Source of the DNA: a bacterium
GTDB lineage: Bacteria > Patescibacteriota > Minisyncoccia > Minisyncoccales > DG-74-3
Assembly: GCA_030603245.1 (NCBI GenBank)
Contig: JAUVYE010000001.1
Coordinates: 1,418-65,417 of the forward strand
DNA length: 64,000 nucleotides
Direction of reading: 5' to 3'
Shown: one piece after another, positions 57,256 through 64,000 of the stretch
How the letters are laid out: each line of letters opens with the position of its first letter
Numbering within the stretch: position 1 is the stretch's first letter
The notes under the pieces: model-generated
Databases searched by the model: none
What the model saw: only the letters and a program-made list of their open reading frames with translations
Told to the model about the DNA's origin: nothing
Program-made: the position numbers and the translations under genes

Positions 57256-58536
57256 ATGGTAAGGTTTTTAGGTTTTGGCTTCAACGGTAAAAAAACAAAA
57301 AAGCAGATTAAAACAATAGAAGAACTGGATAGAATTGCTAAAAAGCTTATCCGAAGGGATTTAGAATTGTCTTTAATACGAGAAAAAAGAGAAAAAGAAT
57401 TTAAAGAAATTGAAGCCAAGACAAAAGACTTAGAAGAGGCCAGAAAAGGATTGCTGAATATGTTGGAAGATGTAGCGGGGTCAAGGAGAGAAGTAGAAGA
57501 AGAAAGAAATAAAACCTTAGCAATTATTAGTAATTTTACTGACGGCCTTTTGGTTTTTGATGAACAAAAAAGACTTTCTTTAATTAATCCCCAGGCAGAG
57601 AAGTTTTTAGGAATTAAATCAAAGAAGGTTATTGGCAAAACAATAAGCGCAATAGGTAGAATGTCGAGTCTTAAAGGGTTAGTAAAACTGTTAGGTAAAG
57701 AAATTAATCCTATTTTTAGGAAAGAACTGGAAGTAAAAGACGATTTGGTTTTAGAGGTTTCTGTTCTTGCCATATCAAGAGAAGAGCAAATTGAAAACTT
57801 AGTGGTTTTGCACAACATTACTCGAGAGAAATTAGTTGAAAGAATGAAAACAGAGTTTGTTTCTATTACTGCCCATCAACTCAGGACTCCGTTGTCGGCA
57901 ATCAAGTGGACGCTTAAGATGTTATTAGATGAAGATTTAGGAAAAATTACCGAAGAGCAAAGAGAGTTTATTGAAAAAACATATCAATCAAATGAAAGAA
58001 TGATTAGTTTAATCAATGATCTTCTAAACGTTACTAGAATAGAAGAAGGTAGATATGTTTATAATCCTGTTTTGTCTAACATAACAAAGTTAGTTGAATC
58101 TTTAATAGACCAATATAAAGACGAGATTAGTATAAAAAATATTAATCTTGAGTTTAAAAAACCAAAGAAACAACTACCTAAAGTATTAATAGATGTTGAA
58201 AAAATCAATTTGGCTGTTCAAAATCTTTTAGACAACGCCATTCAATATAATAAGCTTGGAGGTAGTATAAAGATTTCTCTTAAATCTAATAAAAAGGAAA
58301 TTGAATTCAGTATTGAAGATTCTGGGGTTGGAATTCCTAAAAAACAAGAAAAAAGGATATTCACGAAATTTTTCCGCGCAGCCAATGTTATGAGAATGGA
58401 TACTAGAGGCTCAGGTCTCGGGCTGTTTATTGTTAAGAATATAATTGAAGCTCACAAGGGTAGAATTTGGTTTAAATCCAAAGAAAGAAAGGGTACAATT
58501 TTCTACTTCACCTTGCCTGTTCCTATTTACAAATAA
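57256..58536 (+). CDS. Soluble PAS-HisKA-HATPase sensor histidine kinase
   Basis: PAS (DGLLVFD...INPQAE), H-box AHQLRTPL, NLLDNA, DSGVGI, GSGLGL; no TM segment. Confidence 0.93.
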   Translation: MVRFLGFGFNGKKTKKQIKTIEELDRIAKKLIRRDLELSLIREKREKEFKEIEAKTKDLEEARKGLLNMLEDVAGSRREVEEERNKTLAIISNFTDGLLVFDEQKRLSLINPQAEKFLGIKSKKVIGKTISAIGRMSSLKGLVKLLGKEINPIFRKELEVKDDLVLEVSVLAISREEQIENLVVLHNITREKLVERMKTEFVSITAHQLRTPLSAIKWTLKMLLDEDLGKITEEQREFIEKTYQSNERMISLINDLLNVTRIEEGRYVYNPVLSNITKLVESLIDQYKDEISIKNINLEFKKPKKQLPKVLIDVEKINLAVQNLLDNAIQYNKLGGSIKISLKSNKKEIEFSIEDSGVGIPKKQEKRIFTKFFRAANVMRMDTRGSGLGLFIVKNIIEAHKGRIWFKSKERKGTIFYFTLPVPIYK

Positions 58537-58562
58537 GTTTTAATAAATTAAAATGAATTAAT

Positions 58563-58934
58563 ATGGCTAAGAAAATTTTAATTATAGAAGACGAAAAAAT
58601 CATCTGTGATCTTCTGGAGAGAAAGTTAACAAGAGAAGGATATAGCGTGGTAATAGCCACTAATGGAATAGATGGTTTGGTTAAGATGAGAGAAGATCGA
58701 CCAGACATTGTTTTGTTAGATATTATCATGCCTAAAATGGGAGGGTTTGAAGTAATGGAAGAAATGAATAAAGATGAGACGTTAAAAGACATTCCAGTAA
58801 TTGTTGTTTCTAATTCTGGTCAGCCAGTAGAGATTGATCGGATTAAGAAAATGGGCGCTAAAGATTGGTTGATAAAAACTGAATTTGATCCTCAGGAGGT
58901 GCTGGAGAAAGTGAAAAAACAAATAGGAATTTAG
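58563..58934 (+). CDS. Single-domain response regulator (receiver only)
   Basis: ILIIEDE, LLDIIMPKMGG, VIVVSN, K. Confidence 0.92.
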   Translation: MAKKILIIEDEKIICDLLERKLTREGYSVVIATNGIDGLVKMREDRPDIVLLDIIMPKMGGFEVMEEMNKDETLKDIPVIVVSNSGQPVEIDRIKKMGAKDWLIKTEFDPQEVLEKVKKQIGI

Positions 58935-58942
58935 TTTATTTT

Positions 58943-59305
58943 ATGAAGAAAATTTTGATAGTTGAAGACGACAAGTTTTTAAGGGAGTTGATTGCTCGAA
59001 AGGTTATTGATGAAGGCTTTGATGTTTCTGAGGCGATTGGTGGAGAAGAAGGAATTAAAAAAATCAAAGAAGAAAAACCAGACATGGTTTTACTAGACCT
59101 TATTTTACCTGGTATAGATGGTTTTGAAGTGTTGGCCCGCATGAAAGAAGATCCAGCTTTATCTTCTATTCCGGTAATTATTTTCTCTAATTTGGGTCAA
59201 AAGGAAGATATAGAAAAGGGGTTGAAATTAGGAGCAATAGATTATCTAATTAAGGCCCATTTTACCCCTGGCGAAATTATTGAAAAGATTAAAGCTAATT
59301 TATAA
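58943..59305 (+). CDS. Single-domain response regulator (receiver only)
   Basis: ILIVEDD, LLDLILPGIDG, VIIFSN, GAIDYLIK. Confidence 0.92.
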   Translation: MKKILIVEDDKFLRELIARKVIDEGFDVSEAIGGEEGIKKIKEEKPDMVLLDLILPGIDGFEVLARMKEDPALSSIPVIIFSNLGQKEDIEKGLKLGAIDYLIKAHFTPGEIIEKIKANL

Positions 59306-59314
59306 GGGTTTTGC

Positions 59315-60271
59315 ATGGTTATTTTTCTTTACGGACAAGATACTTACCGACTAACTCAAAAATTAAGGGAAATAATTGAAGAATATAAAAAAATCCACAA
59401 GAGTGGACTTAATTTAAGGTTTCTTGATTTTAGTGGGTTAGCCGAAGAGTTGAATTTTCAAGATTTTAAAGACGCTTTTCAGCAAAGGTCAATATTCAAG
59501 GAAAAAAGATTAATAGTCTTAACAAATATTTTTTCCAATAAAGATCTTAAACAAAGTTTTCTAAAAAACATTAAAAACCTTGCTGATTCCAAAGACGTGA
59601 TTGTCATTTCTGAGAAAAATAAAATCTTAGCTAATGATCCTTTATTTAAAATTTTAAAAAAGAAAGTAATCTGTCAAGAATTTAAACCTCTTGAGGGACA
59701 AAGTTTAGAAAATTGGGTCAAAAAAGAAATTCAGAAATATAGAGTAAAAATTGAACCAGAAGCACTACAACAAATAATTAATTTCATTGGCAATGATCTT
59801 TGGCGATTTTCTAATGAAATTAAAAAATTAGTTAACTATAAAGGTAAAAATTCAAATCTAATAATTACAAAACAAGATATTGAACTTTTAATTAGACCTA
59901 AGATTGAACCTGATATTTTTCAAACAATAAATTTTTTAGCATCAAAAAATAAAAAACAGGCATTGAGTTTATTGAAAAAACACTTAGAAAAAGGAGATAG
60001 TCCTCTGTATTTACTTTCAATGATTAGTTTTCAATTTAGAAATCTTTTGATGATTCGTGAGCTTATTGATAAAAATAGACCATATTTTGTTATTTCAAAA
60101 GAAACAAAACTCCATCCATATGTTGTTAAGAAAAGCCATGCTCAAGCTCAAAGATTTTCTCTTTCTGAATTGAAAAAAATCTACCAAAAAATATTTGAGG
60201 TAGATTTGAATATTAAGACCGGAAAATTAGAACCAGAAACAGCTCTTGAACTATTGATTACTCAAATTTAA
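59315..60271 (+). CDS. holA: DNA polymerase III delta subunit
   Basis: FLYG.D, SIF..KRL, NEIKKL, D..IKTG; convergent with rpsT. Confidence 0.9.
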   Translation: MVIFLYGQDTYRLTQKLREIIEEYKKIHKSGLNLRFLDFSGLAEELNFQDFKDAFQQRSIFKEKRLIVLTNIFSNKDLKQSFLKNIKNLADSKDVIVISEKNKILANDPLFKILKKKVICQEFKPLEGQSLENWVKKEIQKYRVKIEPEALQQIINFIGNDLWRFSNEIKKLVNYKGKNSNLIITKQDIELLIRPKIEPDIFQTINFLASKNKKQALSLLKKHLEKGDSPLYLLSMISFQFRNLLMIRELIDKNRPYFVISKETKLHPYVVKKSHAQAQRFSLSELKKIYQKIFEVDLNIKTGKLEPETALELLITQI

Positions 60272-60531
60272 GAGCTTTTACTTATTAGTTTAGTAATCCT
60301 TGATTTTTTTCTAGCAGCTGTATTTTTTTTGATCAATCCAGTTTTTGCTGCTTTATCTAATAATTTATAAATTTGAGACAGAATAGACTTTGCTTCTTTT
60401 ATCTTTTTTTCATCAAGAAATCTCCTTATTTTCTTAAAGGCTTTCTTGATCTTCTTTTTTTTCTGAACATTTCTAGCTTTTCTTGTTTCGCTTTGTCTCA
60501 AAGCTTTTTTTGCTGATTTAGTAATTGGCAT
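60268..60531 (-). CDS. rpsT: 30S ribosomal protein S20
   Basis: MPITKSAKKALRQ, LDKAAK.G.IKKNTAARKKSR. Confidence 0.95.
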   Translation of the reverse strand: MPITKSAKKALRQSETRKARNVQKKKKIKKAFKKIRRFLDEKKIKEAKSILSQIYKLLDKAAKTGLIKKNTAARKKSRITKLISKSS

Positions 60532-60590
60532 ATAAATTACCATTATCATTTTTTTTTATTTAAATCAACTCCTTATGTTTTGCCGAATAT

Positions 60591-61904
60591 ATGATTAGCA
60601 GATATAATGTTATTAGATACATGAAACATTTTCTTAAAAAATTTGTTCCTATATTTTTAATTGATAAATACCATTGGCTGCAAACATTTTTAGGGGCTTT
60701 TTGGTATAGATTTCCCTCTAAAAATATAAAGGTAATAGCAATTACAGGCACTAATGGGAAGTCTACAACGGTTGATCTCACAACCAGAATTTTAGAAGAA
60801 GCTGACTTTAAAGTGGCTTCTGCTTCTTCAATTAAGTTTAAAATTAAAAACAAAGATTGGCCAAATAAACTAAGAATGACCATGATGGGCGGTTTTCAAT
60901 TGCAAAAGTTTTTAAGGCAAGCAATAGATGCTGGTTGTGAATATGTTGTTTTAGAAATAACTTCAGAAGGAATAAAACAGTATCGCCACAAGTTTATCAA
61001 TTTTGAGTTAGCAGCTATAACCAACCTAACCCCAGAACATATTGAGTCCCACAAGGGGTTTGAGAATTATAAAAAAGCAAAAGGAAAACTATTTCAAGCA
61101 GTAAAAAACATTCATATTGTTAATTTAGACGATGAATATAGAAACTATTTTTTAAAATTTCCAGCAAATAAGAAATACGGTTATACAAAAGAATTAGGGG
61201 CACAGAGTACAAAGAGTAAAAAGACAACTCAAAACCTAAAAACTATTAAAGCAAAAAACTGTTCTGTGTTTGAGCAAGGAGTTAGTTTTTTTATTAATGA
61301 CGTGGAAATGAAATTAAATCTTTTAGGAGGTTTTAATATTTATAATGCTTTATTAGCAATTTGTATTGGGTTGTCTCAAGGAATTGATTTAAAAACCTGT
61401 CAAAAAGCATTAATTAAAACCAAAGGAATTCCTGGAAGAATGGAAACAGTAGTTTCTAAACCATTTAGAGTAATTGTTGATTATGCTTTTACTCCAAATG
61501 CTTTAGAACAAGTTTACAAAACAATTAAAAATAATTTTAATCCTCAAAAAATAATATGTGTCTTAGGTTCTTGTGGAGGAGGAAGAGATAAATGGAAAAG
61601 ACCTATTTTAGGGAAAATTGCAGCTAAATATTGTGATAAGATTATTGTTACTAATGAGGATTCGTATGATGAAGATCCAATGGAGATTATTAATCAAGTT
61701 TCTAAAGGCACTAAAGGAAAAGCGCTTAAGATATTAGAAAGGAGAGAAGCAATCAAAAAAGCTCTTAGTTTGGCAAAAGAAGATGACACAGTTATTATTA
61801 CAGGTAAGGGTTGTGAGCCCTCTATTTGTTTTGCTAAAGGAAAACAAATTCCCTGGGATGATAGAAAAGTAGCAAGAGAAGAGTTTAATTTATTGAAAAA
61901 ATAA
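60591..61904 (+). CDS. murE: Mur ligase, MurE-like
   Basis: GTNGKST, LEITSEG, TNLTPEH, PGRME, DYAFTP, GGGRD..KR, GKG; start may be 60621. Confidence 0.85.
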   Translation: MISRYNVIRYMKHFLKKFVPIFLIDKYHWLQTFLGAFWYRFPSKNIKVIAITGTNGKSTTVDLTTRILEEADFKVASASSIKFKIKNKDWPNKLRMTMMGGFQLQKFLRQAIDAGCEYVVLEITSEGIKQYRHKFINFELAAITNLTPEHIESHKGFENYKKAKGKLFQAVKNIHIVNLDDEYRNYFLKFPANKKYGYTKELGAQSTKSKKTTQNLKTIKAKNCSVFEQGVSFFINDVEMKLNLLGGFNIYNALLAICIGLSQGIDLKTCQKALIKTKGIPGRMETVVSKPFRVIVDYAFTPNALEQVYKTIKNNFNPQKIICVLGSCGGGRDKWKRPILGKIAAKYCDKIIVTNEDSYDEDPMEIINQVSKGTKGKALKILERREAIKKALSLAKEDDTVIITGKGCEPSICFAKGKQIPWDDRKVAREEFNLLKK

Positions 61905-61908
61905 ATCA

Positions 61909-63351
61909 ATGATATCAAAATCTAATTTTAAAAAAATAAATGATTATTTATGGGAAATACCCAGGAGTTTTAGATATGATATGAGAGTCCCAGCTAGGAT
62001 TTATACCTCAGAAAAAATGTTGGAAGATATTTTTCGAGACCGTTCTATTCCTCAATTAATAAATGGCACCACTCTACCAGGAATAATAAAATATGCTATT
62101 GCTATGCCTGATTGTCATGAGGGCTATAGTGTCCCAATTGGATTTGTCGGAGCAGTAAGAGTTTCAGATGGAGTTATATCGCCTGGAGCTTGTGGTTTTG
62201 ACATCAACTGTGGGATGAGAATATTAAAATCCAATTATACTGAACAAGAAATTAAACCACATTTAGATAAAATTGCCACTGAAATTCAAAGACAAGTGCC
62301 CTCTGGTTTGGGTAAAGGAAGAAAAATCAAATTAGGCGTTGATGAAGTTAATAAAATTTTAGAAATGGGCGTTCCCTATTTGGTTAAGAAGGGATACGGA
62401 GAAAAAGAAGACATTGAAAATTGTGAGTCTGAAGGAAGATTAGAACAAGCCGATGCCTCAACAGTTTCTGATAGGGCCAAGAACAGGGGAAGAGGACAGG
62501 TTGGTACTCTTGGATCTGGCAATCATTTTATGGAAATCCAGAAAGTGGAACAAATTTTTGATGAAAAAACAGCTAATGTATTTGGATTATTTCAAAATCA
62601 GGTAGTAATAATGATTCACACTGGTTCAAGGGGCTTAGGACACCAAGTTTGTACAGATTATTTAAGAACAATGATTCCAGCAATGCAAAGATATAAAATT
62701 AAGATGCCAGATAGAGAATTTGCTTGTGTTCCTTTTAAATCAGCTGAAGGGCAAAAATATTTTTCAGCCATGGCTGCGGCTGCTAATTATGCCTGGTCAA
62801 ATCGTCATATGATAGCTTATTATATAAGAGGGTCCTGGAAAAAAATATTAGGGGAGAAAGAGGAACTTGAATTATTATATGATGTTGCTCATAACATTAT
62901 TAAAAGAGAAAATCACTTAATTGATGGACAAGAAACAGAAGTTATTGTTCATCGAAAAGGTTCAACCCGTGCCTTTCCTCCTAAACATCCTGAAATTCCT
63001 GAAAAATACAAAGAGGTTGGACAGCCGGTTATAATTCCAGGGACCATGGGAACTGCTTCTTATATTTTAGCTGGTACAGAAAAATCTCAAGAAGCGTGGT
63101 ATACTGTAAATCATGGTGCTGGTCGAATAATGTCTCGAGGAGCAGCCAGAAGAAGATTTTCTGGCCAACAGGTTATTCAAGAGTTAGAAGCAAAAGGAAT
63201 TATAGTAAAATATCAAAGACCAAGAGGCATTGTTGAAGAAGCGCCTTTAGCTTATAAAGACGTTGATAGTGTGGTAGAAATAGTAGATAAAGCTGGTTTG
63301 GCTAAAAAAGTAGCTAAATTAATTCCTTTAGCAGTTATTAAAGGAGAATAA
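61909..63351 (+). CDS. rtcB: RtcB RNA ligase
   Basis: MPDCHEGY, DINCG, GTLGSGNHF, HTGSRG, HN, HRKG, PGTMG, HGAGR, EEAP.AYK. Confidence 0.95.
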   Translation: MISKSNFKKINDYLWEIPRSFRYDMRVPARIYTSEKMLEDIFRDRSIPQLINGTTLPGIIKYAIAMPDCHEGYSVPIGFVGAVRVSDGVISPGACGFDINCGMRILKSNYTEQEIKPHLDKIATEIQRQVPSGLGKGRKIKLGVDEVNKILEMGVPYLVKKGYGEKEDIENCESEGRLEQADASTVSDRAKNRGRGQVGTLGSGNHFMEIQKVEQIFDEKTANVFGLFQNQVVIMIHTGSRGLGHQVCTDYLRTMIPAMQRYKIKMPDREFACVPFKSAEGQKYFSAMAAAANYAWSNRHMIAYYIRGSWKKILGEKEELELLYDVAHNIIKRENHLIDGQETEVIVHRKGSTRAFPPKHPEIPEKYKEVGQPVIIPGTMGTASYILAGTEKSQEAWYTVNHGAGRIMSRGAARRRFSGQQVIQELEAKGIIVKYQRPRGIVEEAPLAYKDVDSVVEIVDKAGLAKKVAKLIPLAVIKGE

Positions 63352-63387
63352 TTAAAAGGTCGTAATATATTTTAAAATTTATTTTAT

Positions 63388-63942
63388 ATGGAAATAATTA
63401 ATATTATTTTAATCGTTGTTGCTGTTTTGATTCTTTGGGTTATTGGCATTTTTAACGCTTTAATAAAACTTCGCAATAGGACCAAAGAAGCCTGGGCAGA
63501 TATTGATGTTCAGTTAAAGCGCAGATATAATTTAATTCCTAATTTAGTAGAAGCAGTTAAGGGTTATGCAACTCACGAAAGAGAACTTTTTCAAAAAGTA
63601 ACTGAAGCCAGAAATAGAGCAATGGGAACTCAGAACCCTAAAGAAAAGGGAGAAGCAGAGAATACTTTAACTGGTACACTTAAAACCCTTTTTGCCGTAG
63701 CTGAAAATTATCCTCAATTGAGGGCCTCAGAAAACTTCCTTGAGCTTCAGAGAGAACTTAGAGATGCTGAAGACAAAATTCAAGCAGCCAGAAGATTTTA
63801 TAACAGCAATGTCAGAGATCTGAACATTAAAATTGAAAGCTTTCCAAATAGTATAATCGCTAAACTTTTCAATTTTAAACAAATGGAGTTGTTTGAATTA
63901 ACAGCAGTTGCTGAGAGAGAAGTGCCAACTGTAAAATTCTAA
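63388..63942 (+). CDS. lemA: LemA family protein
   Basis: AWADIDVQLKRR..LIPNLV, AENYPQLRA..NF, RRFYN. Confidence 0.95.
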   Translation: MEIINIILIVVAVLILWVIGIFNALIKLRNRTKEAWADIDVQLKRRYNLIPNLVEAVKGYATHERELFQKVTEARNRAMGTQNPKEKGEAENTLTGTLKTLFAVAENYPQLRASENFLELQRELRDAEDKIQAARRFYNSNVRDLNIKIESFPNSIIAKLFNFKQMELFELTAVAEREVPTVKF

Positions 63943-63970
63943 ATCCGAAATCCTAAATTCTAAATAGGTT

Positions 63971-64000
63971 ATGGCTACTCTTTATACTCAAGCAGATTCC
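63971..64000 (+). CDS. Start of a probable HtpX/M48 peptidase (truncated by the window edge)
   Basis: MATLYTQADS immediately after lemA; lemA-htpX synteny; only 10 codons visible. Confidence 0.45.
   Translation, partial: MATLYTQADS

Noticed and set aside
57240-57818. 192-aa minus-strand ORF
   Set aside because: Antisense to the histidine kinase with no motifs; shadow ORF
60560-60883. 107-aa minus-strand ORF and the other 60-95 aa ORFs nested in long genes
   Set aside because: All overlap well-supported genes on the opposite strand or in another frame and lack motifs
1-64000. Alternative genetic code 25 (UGA=Gly) as in Gracilibacteria/Absconditabacteria
   Set aside because: Conserved genes are full length under code 11 and several end in TGA within ATGA overlaps (e.g. 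6113-6116, 38576-38579)

Overview
AT-rich, gene-dense 64 kb of a bacterial chromosome in genetic code 11 that spans the replication origin (jag-yidC-rnpA-rpmH <> dnaA-dnaN). Gene content and style point to a Patescibacteria/CPR genome, probably Parcubacteria: GLVPCG-type pilin-like proteins, a PrgI/VirB4/VirB6-like cluster, a short trigger factor and few Shine-Dalgarno motifs. This taxonomic call is inference. The main finding is a contiguous ~10 kb lipid cluster (5463-15701). It encodes homologues of the archaeal ether-lipid pathway (polyprenyl-PP synthase, group II GGGP synthase, DGGGP synthase-like UbiA, geranylgeranyl reductase, CDP-archaeol synthase CarS, CDP-alcohol phosphotransferase) interleaved with bacterial fatty-acid salvage and acylation genes (two PlsY, a FakA-like DAK2-DegV fusion, DegV/FakB). 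CPR bacteria are generally described as lacking lipid synthesis. Secondary findings are a possible split histidine-kinase system with shared coiled-coil tails, a promoter-driven structured ncRNA candidate, an unannotated 55-aa Glu-rich protein, a MITE-like insertion at the cca start, a repeat-flanked vWA/J-domain islet, apparent leaderless transcription and heptamer micro-repeats. Three tRNAs were found (Ala-CGC, Arg-TCG, Lys-CTT). No rRNA, CRISPR array, transposase or integrase was seen. All calls come from reading motifs by eye; no database searches were run.
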